IMG/VR virus record: IMGVR_UViG_3300032030_000025
Span: 1-64,000 of that record
Length of the DNA: 64,000 nt
Source of the DNA: an uncultured virus (IMG/VR IMGVR_UViG_3300032030_000025)
Taxonomy: Duplodnaviria > Heunggongvirae > Uroviricota > Caudoviricetes
Reading direction: 5' to 3' (one strand)
Shown here: piece after piece, positions 10,062 through 19,948 of the stretch
Layout: every line of letters begins with the position of its first letter
Numbering within the stretch: the first letter of the stretch is position 1
Made by a program: the position numbers and the translations under genes
Notes under the pieces: generated by a model
What the model was told of the DNA's origin: nothing
The model's input: the letters and a program-made list of their open reading frames with translations, nothing else
The model's database searches: none

Positions 10062-10730
10062 ATGAAGATTGGAATAGAACTAAATGGAGTAGTTAGGGAC
10101 ATTAATCGACAATGTTTGAAATATTATGCAAAGGATATTGACCCTAATATCGATGAAAGTGATGTTGATATGGATTCAATGTCAATAATGCCCAAATTGG
10201 ACTTCAAATCAAACTATGAAAGGAAAAAGTTCGTATATGAGGACTATCCATATGAACTTTTTGCTTGTGCAAATACAATGTCAAGGAATTTGCACGTATT
10301 TTTGAACGGTTGGGCATATGACTTGTATTGGAACAGAGATAAAAGTGAAGTTAGCCTATTCTCATTGGATGAGGAAGAACTTTCAATACAGTCAACATAT
10401 TTTTTCCTTAGTAAGGGAAGCCGAATAAGAAGGATGTTTTTTCCTATGAATAGTAAGGAGGTGTGGAAGCTGTTTGATGTAGTTATTACTCAAGACAAGG
10501 ATGTTGTAATTAACAAGCCAGAAGGTAAAATAGCGGTTTTGATTAGAAAATCTGATAATGCAGAGGCAAGCGACAAAGCTGACTTCAAGTATGACAACTT
10601 GGAAGATGTTATCAAGGACAGCGAGTTTTTGGGAAATGTGGAAAAGATGCTTGAAGAATGCAACAACAAGTCGTTGTTAGGCAAGATTAGGAGTAAAATA
10701 AGCAGGTGTTTTAAATTATTGGGGAAATGA
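10062..10730 (+). CDS. 5'(3')-deoxyribonucleotidase-like HAD-fold protein, degenerate motif I
   Basis: MKIGIELNGVVRD where IGIDxDGV is expected. Confidence 0.5.
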   Translation: MKIGIELNGVVRDINRQCLKYYAKDIDPNIDESDVDMDSMSIMPKLDFKSNYERKKFVYEDYPYELFACANTMSRNLHVFLNGWAYDLYWNRDKSEVSLFSLDEEELSIQSTYFFLSKGSRIRRMFFPMNSKEVWKLFDVVITQDKDVVINKPEGKIAVLIRKSDNAEASDKADFKYDNLEDVIKDSEFLGNVEKMLEECNNKSLLGKIRSKISRCFKLLGK

Positions 10731-11077
10731 ATGTAAATGACGGTACATATTATTACGATATTGATGAAATCTTGAATTATGTTCTTGATGGTTCCGATGG
10801 AGCTACTGTAAATACAGATATTACTGATATGTATGGGGTTAATGAGAAGACTCAAGCACTTGAACTTGTAAATAGGCAAATAAACGAGACAAAGGCCAAC
10901 AAGAACGATTCAAATACCGCAATCAAATATGATTTGGTAAAGAATTTTATTGCAAGTCTGTCTGATATGGAGGTTTGCCCATATAATATGGGTGTTGTAC
11001 CATTTTCACAAGAAATGATATTCAACACATTGATACATAAGGGTTTTATCAAATTTAAAGAAACAAATGGAGACTGA
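10727..11077 (+). CDS. Hypothetical protein
   Basis: ATGA-coupled ORF in operon. Confidence 0.7.
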   Translation: MNVNDGTYYYDIDEILNYVLDGSDGATVNTDITDMYGVNEKTQALELVNRQINETKANKNDSNTAIKYDLVKNFIASLSDMEVCPYNMGVVPFSQEMIFNTLIHKGFIKFKETNGD

Positions 11078-12173
11078 AAAGGTTATTGAAAGAGTAAAAC
11101 AAGAATTGGCAAAGATAACCGACAAGGGAAACAAGATTATGTTTTTTGTGATTGACACAAAGGGTAATCCAAGTGGAAGCTTGTCATATATCTATAAGCT
11201 TGCCAAGTATGCAAAAGATGACGGTTACGATGTTGCAATGCTTTATCAGAAATCTAAAGATGAGGATTTCGTTGGTGTTGGTGAGTGGCTTGGTCAAGAA
11301 TATGCTGATTTGGAGCATATCTGTATTTCTGATGGAGAATTGAGTGTTTCACCTAGCGACATTCTGTTTATTCCAGAAATTTTCGCAAATGTAATGGTTC
11401 AGACAAAGAACCTTCCTTGCAAGAGGATTGCAATCTTGCAGAACTATGATTATATGGTTGAACAGATGCCTTTCTCTGTACAGTGGGGGGATTTGGGTAT
11501 TATGGAATGTATTACAAATACTGAATACAACAAGGAGAAGATTAATGGTGTATTCCCATATGTAAGGACAACAGTTATTCAACCAAATGTTGACAATATG
11601 TTTGATGCAAAGAGCGTTGGTGACACACCAAGGAATTTTGTTGTTAATGTAATTGCAAAGAGTCAATCAGACATCAACAAGATTGTAAAGCCATTCTATT
11701 GGAAGTTCCCTATGTACAGATGGGTTTCTTTCAAGGATTTGAGAGGAATGCCTAAGGAAACATATGCAAAGGAGCTGTTGAACGGTGAGATAACTGTTTG
11801 GGTTGATACTGATTCGAGCTTTGGATATGGAGGTATTGAGGCAATTAAGGCTGGAAATATTGTTCTTGCTAAGAGAACTGATAATCAAATGCCTTGGTAT
11901 TCTGTAAATGGAGAGCCAAATGATGCTTGCATATGGTTTGAGGATTATGACGATTTGCACAAGATGCTTGCTAGTGTTATTAGAGCTGTGATAACAGATG
12001 ATGTACCAGAAAAGGTATTTGAGGATAGGAAAGCATATGAAGATTTGTACAATGAGCAAACAACAAGAAAGGAATTTGTTGAATATTTAAATAACACAAT
12101 CGAAAGACGCAGAAAGGAAATCGAGGGTCTTTTGGCTGAAATTAACAATGGAGGTGGCAGCAATGAGAAATGA
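11067..12173 (+). CDS. Glycosyltransferase-like (GT-B) protein
   Basis: SGSLSYIY, DILFIPE, SSFGYGGIEAIKAG (similar to the EGFGLPPLEA motif). Confidence 0.65.
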   Translation: METEKVIERVKQELAKITDKGNKIMFFVIDTKGNPSGSLSYIYKLAKYAKDDGYDVAMLYQKSKDEDFVGVGEWLGQEYADLEHICISDGELSVSPSDILFIPEIFANVMVQTKNLPCKRIAILQNYDYMVEQMPFSVQWGDLGIMECITNTEYNKEKINGVFPYVRTTVIQPNVDNMFDAKSVGDTPRNFVVNVIAKSQSDINKIVKPFYWKFPMYRWVSFKDLRGMPKETYAKELLNGEITVWVDTDSSFGYGGIEAIKAGNIVLAKRTDNQMPWYSVNGEPNDACIWFEDYDDLHKMLASVIRAVITDDVPEKVFEDRKAYEDLYNEQTTRKEFVEYLNNTIERRRKEIEGLLAEINNGGGSNEK

Positions 12174-12645
12174 AATTAAAACAACAGAAAGTAGAATTGA
12201 ATATGTGATGACACATAATTTTGATGACATCAAGGTCAGTAGATATATGAACGATATTAGAAAATATTGGGGTAATTGCTTCTTCTTTAATGTTGATGAC
12301 GAGAGAAAAGACAATGCATGCATTGCTTGTGACCAGATAGCTTCATTCTTTATCTGTGGCTATGAAGTGTATGGCAATGTTGTCAAGGACGAGCTTCACA
12401 AGCTGATTGACACCAAGTTCAAAGGTTTGTTTACTTTTGAGGAAATTATATTGTTAATGGTTGTGTTTATATATGAGAGGCTTCCTTTGTCAGATTATGA
12501 TTTTCGTGAAATCTTGAGTAATTATGCGAAGATTGACTTTAATTATGAAGAGGTTAAGCAAGTATATAATTCTGATAGTCCACTTATAGAGTTCTGTATT
12601 ATTGCTTCTTATAAACTAATTAATAAAATAACAAGAGGAATATGA
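12163..12645 (+). CDS. Hypothetical protein
   Basis: ORF in operon; start set to MRNEIK. Confidence 0.65.
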   Translation: MRNEIKTTESRIEYVMTHNFDDIKVSRYMNDIRKYWGNCFFFNVDDERKDNACIACDQIASFFICGYEVYGNVVKDELHKLIDTKFKGLFTFEEIILLMVVFIYERLPLSDYDFREILSNYAKIDFNYEEVKQVYNSDSPLIEFCIIASYKLINKITRGI

Positions 12646-13409
12646 TTGATTTGACAATAATTATACCAGTTCACGAATATAATGAAGATGTTAAGCAATT
12701 GCTTTCAAAGGCTTTGAACAGTGTGAAAGAAGATTATAAAGTTATAATTTCAACAAGTGAAGCCGCCAATGAAGGAATCTTGCAAGACTTCAACAGAAAA
12801 GAATATACCATTCTCAAGTCTGAAGAGACATCTTTTTGCGGTTTGGTAAATGAAGCTGTTAAAAATGTTGATACAAAATGGTTCAGTATTTTGGAGTTTG
12901 ATGATATATATTATAGACCTTGGTTCGATAATGTTGAAAAGTATATCAAATTCAACCCAGAAGTTAGCATCTTTATGTGCTTGACTGATTTGTATGATTA
13001 CAAGGACAACAAATTTATCGGCTACGGAAATGAGGCTGTTTGGGCATCAAGTTTCTCTAACGAGTTGGGTTATGTAGATTACGATTGTTTGCAGAACTTT
13101 TTTGACTTTTATATGACTGGTTCTGTATTCAACAAGGAAGATTGGGATTCTGTTGGTGGACTTAAGAAGTCTATTGAGCTTACATTTTGGTACGAGTTCC
13201 TATTGAGGGTTACACACAACAACAAGAAGGTGTTTGTAATTCCAAGAGTTGGATATGCGCATTATATGAATAGAGACAATTCACTTATCAAGAAATATGC
13301 CGATACAATGGACGATAAGGAAACGAAGGGATGGTTGAACATTGCAAAGCAAGAGCATTTCTTCAAGAACGACAGAAACAAGGTATACGATAAAAATGAA
13401 GGGGATTGA
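12642..13409 (+). CDS. GT2 family glycosyltransferase
   Basis: LTIIIPVHE, ILEFDD, VGGLK, EFLLR. Confidence 0.8.
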   Translation: MIDLTIIIPVHEYNEDVKQLLSKALNSVKEDYKVIISTSEAANEGILQDFNRKEYTILKSEETSFCGLVNEAVKNVDTKWFSILEFDDIYYRPWFDNVEKYIKFNPEVSIFMCLTDLYDYKDNKFIGYGNEAVWASSFSNELGYVDYDCLQNFFDFYMTGSVFNKEDWDSVGGLKKSIELTFWYEFLLRVTHNNKKVFVIPRVGYAHYMNRDNSLIKKYADTMDDKETKGWLNIAKQEHFFKNDRNKVYDKNEGD

Positions 13410-13429
13410 TAATTCAATCCTCTTCTTGT

Positions 13430-13542
13430 TCATAATACACGTGAGATTTTCCGTTAGTGAAAATGGTGAAGGAAAGTACATTGTAACTATGTAGCATTAT
13501 TATGACTTGAAAATAACAGTTATAAAAATTATCATAATAATG
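13430..13542 (+). promoter_or_regulatory. Candidate two-state structured 5' leader RNA of the sigma gene
   Basis: TCATAATA(13430)/TATTATGA(13498) closes two hairpins; the alternative stem CATTATTATGA(13495)/TCATAATAATG(13532) includes the AUG. Confidence 0.45.
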
Positions 13543-14262
13543 GGAAAAAGAGGTAGAAAACCTTCAAAAGATAAAAAGGGATATTTCTTGGATGAGCAAG
13601 AAGAAGCCGTAGTCAGATATATTAATTCAACTGACCAAAACGAGAGAAACGAGATATATAAGACGATATTGCATCCAGCATTTTGCAAAATGGTTGAATC
13701 TATAATGAACAGATATAAGCTATATGTACCAGATGAAGAATTTTTGGATACTTTTGACGATACAATATCGTTCTTGATGACAAAAATAGAATTATTTAAT
13801 CCAAACAGTGGATACAAAGCATATTCTTATTGTGGAACAATATGCAAAAACTACTTGATACTTAAGATAAAGAATTATGCAAAGGGTATCAAGAGATATG
13901 AACCTTATGAAAATTATCAATCAAAGATTGAGGATAATATAACATTGTCTTATAAGGACAACGATTCATCAACATCTTTCTTCAACGAACTTATTACAAA
14001 CACTTCGAGTGGCATAACGGAAGTTATGAGCAAAAACAAGAAACTTAACGAGAACGAGATAAAGGTAGGTAATGCACTTTTGTCATTATTGGCGAATTGG
14101 GAGGATTTGGCTGACAGTATGTGCAGCAATAAGTTCAATAAAAGCTCTATACTTCTTTTTCTTAAAGAAAATACACAGTTGACTACAAAGGATATAAGAG
14201 TTGCCATGAAAAAATACAAGGCAGTTTATTTTTCAGTCAAAAAAAAGTTGTTGGGTGATTAA
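13540..14262 (+). CDS. Phage late-transcription sigma factor (gp55-like)
   Basis: YFLDEQEEAVVRY...PAFCKMVESI...FNPNSGYKAYSYCGTICKNYLI resembles sigma region 2 of T4 gp55-like proteins. Confidence 0.65.
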   Translation: MGKRGRKPSKDKKGYFLDEQEEAVVRYINSTDQNERNEIYKTILHPAFCKMVESIMNRYKLYVPDEEFLDTFDDTISFLMTKIELFNPNSGYKAYSYCGTICKNYLILKIKNYAKGIKRYEPYENYQSKIEDNITLSYKDNDSSTSFFNELITNTSSGITEVMSKNKKLNENEIKVGNALLSLLANWEDLADSMCSNKFNKSSILLFLKENTQLTTKDIRVAMKKYKAVYFSVKKKLLGD

Positions 14263-14287
14263 CTGTTAACACATATTCTAATAAAAA

Positions 14288-14431
14288 ATAGGTAGCCGTA
14301 CTACCGAATTGACGCTTGTGGAGAAACCAACTGCGGATGACCGAACATTATGCTCCTAAAAAGCAGTGTTTCGTTGAAGCAAGAAATAAAATGTAGTAGA
14401 ATCATAGATTTTATTATAATTTTATATACGG
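14288..14431 (+). mobile_element. Remnant of a TnpB element 3' end / omegaRNA scaffold (IS200/605 or IS607 type)
   Basis: Encodes IGSRTTELTLVEKPTADDR, similar to TnpB C-terminal tails; contains CCGAATTGACGCTTGTGGAG and TTGAAGCAAGAA; ends TATACGG; no tnpB body present. Confidence 0.6.
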
Positions 14432-14462
14432 TGAGTATTTATAAACAAATATATTCTTTAAT

Positions 14463-14846
14463 ATGGCAAGGAAATTGAAAATTGAAATCAATTCGATAGA
14501 AAACCTAAGGGAACTTTTGCAAGAAACATATAATCTTGCAGATGAGCAACTTATATTGGCTCAAAATGAAATAAACAAGCTTGCAAACTCTACCAAACTT
14601 CAAGAAGAGGTTATGGAATACAAGGCTAAGTATGCCAAGGCTATCAATGACTATATGGGCATCAAGGACAAGGCGATTTCAAAGAAGATAGAGATTGCCA
14701 AGTTACTTGCAGAACTTTGCAAGAATTTGAGTGATGTAAAGGAAATGGATACCTCATTCGCATCTTTTGACTTGGACAACATTAGGGAGCTGTTAGACAA
14801 GGAGACAAAGGAAAATAACACTGAATATATAAAGCTTAACAAGTAA
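14463..14846 (+). CDS. Conserved-looking coiled-coil protein, first gene of a late operon
   Basis: TATTTATA at 14436; helical ORF. Confidence 0.7.
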   Translation: MARKLKIEINSIENLRELLQETYNLADEQLILAQNEINKLANSTKLQEEVMEYKAKYAKAINDYMGIKDKAISKKIEIAKLLAELCKNLSDVKEMDTSFASFDLDNIRELLDKETKENNTEYIKLNK

Positions 14847-17260
14847 TGAGATTGGCAGATGCAAACAAGAGGAAACAACTGACCACAGTCAGAAGACAAC
14901 AGAACGAACTGCTATCTACTTTGGACGGTTATCTTACGGCACTTGAGAATCAGTCGGCTGAACAGACGCAAACATTTGCGTTTGGAGATAATCCTTTTGT
15001 GTATTTGATTCAATTGTTGGAGCATCTTGGTTGTACAAGGGAGGAAATGATTGAGAAGATTGCCAAGATAATCATTTATGGTCTTCCAGCAATAGAAATC
15101 GGTGTAAAGGGTATATTGCTGTCAAATATGAAGAATCTTGTTGCTTGTGCCGTAGACCCAAGAATCCCTAATTATGCTAGGGAAAAGGGCATGACCTACA
15201 ATATAAAGGAAATAGACCCATTGGGAATATTGTCAACATCTCCATTGGACAAGTACAATCAGCTTTACTTCGGAACTGACAATATGAAAACACCATATGA
15301 CTTTGTTAGACCAGTTGATATGAACACATTCTTGTGGTTTGTTGTACATAAAGGCAAGTATCCTAATTCGTCAGTTATAGCCGTAGACGAGGATTATAGC
15401 GACTTCTTCAAAAGAAAATATGGAGCAAGAACAGTTAGCGGTTCAAATATCAACACAGTGTCATATTTGACTTTTGACCCTAACGGCAAGAATCAAGGTA
15501 TGGCATTGGGTAGCACTTTCATACAGAGGTTTACAAACGAGGAAGGTACAAACGGACACTTGATAAGTCTATGCACAAATGTCAAGTTCATTATAAAGGA
15601 GAAACAAGGACTTAACGATTATTATGTTGCAGAAAGCACTATAATGCCTATAGGAAATGCTTGGGACAGAACTAATTACTATGTAAATAGAGGTATGTAT
15701 CTTTCAAACCTTGGAAAGGTGTTTGATAAAAAAAATGAAAATAATAGAGATTACAACAAGGACATTGGATTGTGCAGTTTCCAATTCTTGGATTCCTTGA
15801 AGAACTATGATGCTTATAATGTCAGCGACTTCAACGAACCATATAACTGCTTGAATGTAAGGGTACTTCCAAAGCCATTGGTACATGTTCCACATATTGG
15901 ACAGACATTCTTCTATCCTCTTATTATCAGATACAACAGCGAAGGTAAGGTTGATAAGGATGGAAGATTTTCTGTGATGCCAGTGAGGGAAATGCCTACA
16001 GATACAATGTGTCATACAAATGTAAAAACAATTATCATCGAGAAATTGTTTGAAAAACTTGGAAGACAACCAACGCAAGAGGAACAAGATGAGGTTTATT
16101 TTACATTGAATGACAAGAACAATGATTCAAAGTCGGATTTCTTTTCAATGGACGGAGCCATTTGGTGGTACAAGCTTGCTTTCTTTGAGACACAACGCAC
16201 AGCCACTAATTACAAGTTGGTTATTGACCATAAGGGCAACTACAAGATAACAAGTGATGACTTAAATGTATTTACAAGATATAATTTTGATGAAATCACA
16301 GAAGTTAACTATAGTACAACACTTTCATTGATAAGGGAATGTTATTTCGGTCTAACCCTTTATGAGTTCAATTATGACTATATAATGAGCCAAAGGCTGT
16401 TTGATTCAAAGGTTGTTGCTACACAATTGATAAATGTTTTGGCTGATTTTATGATTGGTGGCTCAATAACGTTCTCACAGACAGAGATTGAGGGAATGGA
16501 TAGGATATACCATATTGTTGAGAAGATAGTCAATTCAGACGGTTATGAGGCTAGTGACTGTTTCTATACATTCTCCAATGATGAGGTTGAAAGGATGTCA
16601 AGGGATGCCGAGCTTAAAAGGGCGAGACTTACACCATTCGGTGACTGTGAAAGAAGGGTTGATACCAATACAGATGAGGTTATTGAGGCTTTGAATGACT
16701 TTGGCAGCGCAACAGAATTCCAAGAACAGAGGGATGCTTTTTCTCGTGTCGTAAGAAACGTTAGTGCTGTCATTGATAGGGAAGCAAAAGACCCAGATGT
16801 TATTGATAGTGTATCGTTTGACTTCATAACAAATATGTTTCAAAGTCTTTCAGTAGTTATTGTTACTGCATTGCTTTCTCCAAAAGTACTTCTTATGATA
16901 TTGATGAATCAAGAGCTGTGTGGAAATTATTCACATGAAAGTTGGAAGAAGATGACATTGGAAAACATATTATATGCAATGCATTCAATGATTGCGGCAA
17001 TAATACTTGAGATTAGAGACCTACTGCTTAAGGAACTGCTTGAAGAGGTCAGAAACAGAATCAAGGCATTACTTTTTGACTTGCAAGTTGGTCTTATAAG
17101 GGAACAGATTGAAGTATATAGAAGAGCAATCAAGCTTATGATTAAGGCATGTTCGTTCAAGGGTGGAAGCAACTTGGATTTGGATACGGTACTTGACAAG
17201 GTTGATTATGCAGACATTGACGAATTGCAGCATCAAACTAATGAAACAAGCAAATGCTAA
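14846..17260 (+). CDS. Large hypothetical virion/baseplate-region protein
   Basis: 804-aa ORF in operon with the spike gene. Confidence 0.65.
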   Translation: MRLADANKRKQLTTVRRQQNELLSTLDGYLTALENQSAEQTQTFAFGDNPFVYLIQLLEHLGCTREEMIEKIAKIIIYGLPAIEIGVKGILLSNMKNLVACAVDPRIPNYAREKGMTYNIKEIDPLGILSTSPLDKYNQLYFGTDNMKTPYDFVRPVDMNTFLWFVVHKGKYPNSSVIAVDEDYSDFFKRKYGARTVSGSNINTVSYLTFDPNGKNQGMALGSTFIQRFTNEEGTNGHLISLCTNVKFIIKEKQGLNDYYVAESTIMPIGNAWDRTNYYVNRGMYLSNLGKVFDKKNENNRDYNKDIGLCSFQFLDSLKNYDAYNVSDFNEPYNCLNVRVLPKPLVHVPHIGQTFFYPLIIRYNSEGKVDKDGRFSVMPVREMPTDTMCHTNVKTIIIEKLFEKLGRQPTQEEQDEVYFTLNDKNNDSKSDFFSMDGAIWWYKLAFFETQRTATNYKLVIDHKGNYKITSDDLNVFTRYNFDEITEVNYSTTLSLIRECYFGLTLYEFNYDYIMSQRLFDSKVVATQLINVLADFMIGGSITFSQTEIEGMDRIYHIVEKIVNSDGYEASDCFYTFSNDEVERMSRDAELKRARLTPFGDCERRVDTNTDEVIEALNDFGSATEFQEQRDAFSRVVRNVSAVIDREAKDPDVIDSVSFDFITNMFQSLSVVIVTALLSPKVLLMILMNQELCGNYSHESWKKMTLENILYAMHSMIAAIILEIRDLLLKELLEEVRNRIKALLFDLQVGLIREQIEVYRRAIKLMIKACSFKGGSNLDLDTVLDKVDYADIDELQHQTNETSKC

Positions 17261-17261
17261 T

Positions 17262-17657
17262 ATGGGAATCAAGGAAATTTGTAACACACTACAGACATTA
17301 TTGGACAATTATAGTAGGAAACCATTTCAAGCAATATCTGGTCTTATAATGATATGTTCTCTCTCAAAAAGACCTGGACTTTCTCCTATATTGTCAACAG
17401 CAAATATAATAAAGAATGTTGCCGCTAGGGGTATAAATACTGCCCCTATGGAGGATGGTAGCCCAAATCAGTTGAATATTGTTATCAACGAAATAACAAA
17501 GGAAGTATTCAGAGCTATGAGGGAAGATGCAAACATACAGACAGCTTTTGGACCTGGTTCTATAACAACACTTGGAAATGGTGCAAACGCTGGTGGACCA
17601 GTAGTTGTGACTTCAAAAATAATGAATTACGCAAAAGGCGTGGCAGCAATATTTTAA
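17262..17657 (+). CDS. Hypothetical baseplate-region protein
   Basis: Start at MGIKEIC; KRPGLS, GANAGGPVVV. Confidence 0.65.
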   Translation: MGIKEICNTLQTLLDNYSRKPFQAISGLIMICSLSKRPGLSPILSTANIIKNVAARGINTAPMEDGSPNQLNIVINEITKEVFRAMREDANIQTAFGPGSITTLGNGANAGGPVVVTSKIMNYAKGVAAIF

Positions 17658-17661
17658 TTCA

Positions 17662-17841
17662 ATGAATAACGAGAAGTTCAGTGAAATGTCAAATTCCGAA
17701 ATCAAGATAAAGATGGAGGAATACAAGAATGAATATGATACAATAAAATCGAAGATTGCAGCGTTGATAGATAGGATGAACGAGCTTGATACTGTATATC
17801 TAAACGCTACAAATGAGCTTAAAAAGAGAAGAGCTATATGA
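17662..17841 (+). CDS. Small coiled-coil protein (59 aa, below the ORF-track cutoff)
   Basis: ATG at 17662, MNNEKFSEMSNSEIKIKMEEYKNEY...KRRAI, stop overlaps the next ATG (ATGA). Confidence 0.7.
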   Translation: MNNEKFSEMSNSEIKIKMEEYKNEYDTIKSKIAALIDRMNELDTVYLNATNELKKRRAI

Positions 17842-18758
17842 GCAGCAACAATTACGTTATAAAGGAAGGACAAGTAGAATATATTGAAAATGGTAGTGGT
17901 ATATTCGGAGAAGAAGCTGGTGCTTGTAGAATCAAGGTAAGGCTTTCTCAAGACGGTGAAAAGGCTATCAAGGACTTGCCTTGGTGTCATCCGTTGCTAC
18001 CTAAAACATTTCAGTCCATCCCAAAGGTTGGCGAAGGTGTGCTTGTCATTACGTCTGAAATAGGAAACAATGAAAGCAACAGATTCTATATTGGACCGAT
18101 AATTTCACAGCCTCAATTTTTCACATACGACCCATATTCATATGGAAGAGGTTCTGCAATATCATTGCTGAAAGGCGGCAATGACGAGCATGTACTTGAA
18201 AATATAAGCAAGTTCGGTGATGAAACAGAAGGCGCATTTCCAAAAACGTCAGACGTGGCTGTTATTGGTAGAAACAGTGAGGACATTTCACTTAAGGAAG
18301 GTGAGGTGATGATTCGAAGCGGAGCTAGAGTTTGTGGAAATAATGAAAATGAAAATCTTGTTGGAAATGTAATTTTCAATACTAATAGTCCAGCTTATCT
18401 TCAATTGAAATATAAGCAAGGATTACTTAACACACCAGAATATCAAGCTAATTCAGTAATAAATCTTGTTGCTGACAAGATTAATCTTATATCACACCAA
18501 GATGAAAATGTGAGAGAAAAATTGGTCAACAAGCAGTCAATGATTGATGATAGCGAATTTGCAAACATAATGGCACAATTGCATCAGTTGCCGTATGGTG
18601 ATTTATTGGTTAGAGGATTGAATATTATGAAGCTTGCAGTTATGTATCACGGTCATAATTTAAGTCCAGGCTCACCACCAGTAGAAGGACCGTTTATTAC
18701 TGAATTGAAGGATGTTAACTTTGATGAAATATTATCACCTAATGTTCGAATAAATTAA
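17838..18758 (+). CDS. Baseplate central spike (gp5/VgrG-like OB fold)
   Basis: CRIKVRL...LPWCHPLLP...IPKVGEGVLV...RFYIG; C-terminal HGH metal-binding tip. Confidence 0.75.
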   Translation: MSSNNYVIKEGQVEYIENGSGIFGEEAGACRIKVRLSQDGEKAIKDLPWCHPLLPKTFQSIPKVGEGVLVITSEIGNNESNRFYIGPIISQPQFFTYDPYSYGRGSAISLLKGGNDEHVLENISKFGDETEGAFPKTSDVAVIGRNSEDISLKEGEVMIRSGARVCGNNENENLVGNVIFNTNSPAYLQLKYKQGLLNTPEYQANSVINLVADKINLISHQDENVREKLVNKQSMIDDSEFANIMAQLHQLPYGDLLVRGLNIMKLAVMYHGHNLSPGSPPVEGPFITELKDVNFDEILSPNVRIN

Positions 18759-18791
18759 TTTTTTATTATATTTATAATAAAAATATCTATT

Positions 18792-19184
18792 ATGAAACAA
18801 ATTATTAGATTAACAGAAAATGATTTACACCGAATTGTCAAGAAAAGTGTAGAAAGGATATTGAGAGAGTCTAGCAAAGATGCACAAGATTCATTCCGCA
18901 AGGGTGCTGAAGCTGCAAGACAAGCTGCTACTGCTGCTCAAGGCGCTGCCAAAGCTGCCGCTTCACCAACATGGATACAAGCGTCAGCAGCAAAAGATAG
19001 ACAACAAAAAGGTTCAAGCAAACAGACAAAAGAAAAACCAATGAGTCCAGAAGAGCGTAGAAAAGCTATTGAAGCTTCTACTAAATCTGCAAAAGATGCT
19101 GCCGTTGATTCAGCAAGAAAAGCTGCTGCTGCCGCACCATATGCAGCAAAGGCTGCATCTTCTAACAAGGGGAAAAATAAATAA
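18792..19184 (+). CDS. RLTE-leader protein with Ala/Lys-rich cargo
   Basis: MKQIIRLTENDLHRIVKKSVERILRE followed by low-complexity AAKAA repeats. Confidence 0.8.
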   Translation: MKQIIRLTENDLHRIVKKSVERILRESSKDAQDSFRKGAEAARQAATAAQGAAKAAASPTWIQASAAKDRQQKGSSKQTKEKPMSPEERRKAIEASTKSAKDAAVDSARKAAAAAPYAAKAASSNKGKNK

Positions 19185-19201
19185 AAGAATCAAATTTGTA
19201 T

Positions 19202-19240
19202 AAAAAAAAATCTCACTAAAAATTAGTGAGATTTTTTTTA
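19202..19240. terminator. Bidirectional intrinsic terminator
   Basis: AAAAAAAATCTCACTAA / TTAGTGAGATTTTTTT inverted repeat between convergent genes. Confidence 0.85.
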
Positions 19241-19337
19241 TTTTGTCAACCAAGTCAAGAATGAATTTTCGCCATTGGTTTTCTCATATGTTTTTTCTAT
19301 GAAGTCTTTTGTCTTGATGTTTTGCTTGCAGTTGCAT

Positions 19338-19925
19338 TTACGCTTTTTTTCTTTCATTTACATTACCCTTTTTAATAAGTTTAGCTTCGAAAATGTCACC
19401 ATTTGACGCAACTAGCTTGAAGCTTTCACCAATTCTCATCAATGACAATTGGTTTGTGCCGCTTGTGTTTTCTGTCAGCATTGATTTCTTGAGAGTTGAC
19501 ATAGATTTTCTCAAGCAATCTTCAACTATTGTCTTGATTAGGGAGTAATCGACACCGCTTGCTGTAGATTGTACAACTTGCTTTGTTTCCCTAATAGGTT
19601 GCTTTTTTTGAACTGGTGGCTCAATACCCATATCATCAAGGATGGAACCACTGTATTCTGGAATATCTATTGGATTGTTCGAGAATGATTCCACTATTTC
19701 TCTTGGCAGTTTTGAACTTGCTGCCCTTTGTGGTGTCATTTGTGGATATTGACCTTGGCTTGTCTGTGTCATTCTTTCTGGTGTTTCAAAAGCAATATCA
19801 CCCTCATCCAATCTGTTTGCTTTCATTCCTTTTACATATTGGTCGAGTTCACCTCTTCTATCTCTATCAATTATTTCCTTCGCCCTTTTTTGGATTTCTT
19901 GGAACTGTTGTTTGTTTATTGCCAT
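19338..19925 (-). CDS. Hypothetical protein
   Basis: ORF; C-terminal DYSLIKTIVEDCLRK...MLTE. Confidence 0.7.
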   Translation of the reverse strand: MAINKQQFQEIQKRAKEIIDRDRRGELDQYVKGMKANRLDEGDIAFETPERMTQTSQGQYPQMTPQRAASSKLPREIVESFSNNPIDIPEYSGSILDDMGIEPPVQKKQPIRETKQVVQSTASGVDYSLIKTIVEDCLRKSMSTLKKSMLTENTSGTNQLSLMRIGESFKLVASNGDIFEAKLIKKGNVNERKKA

Positions 19926-19948
19926 ATCATTAACTTATTCTTTTGTTA

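Noticed and set aside
13430..13505. Hammerhead ribozyme or canonical purine riboswitch
   Set aside because: It lacks the CUGAnGA core and the purine-riboswitch junction consensus; retained only as an unclassified structure.
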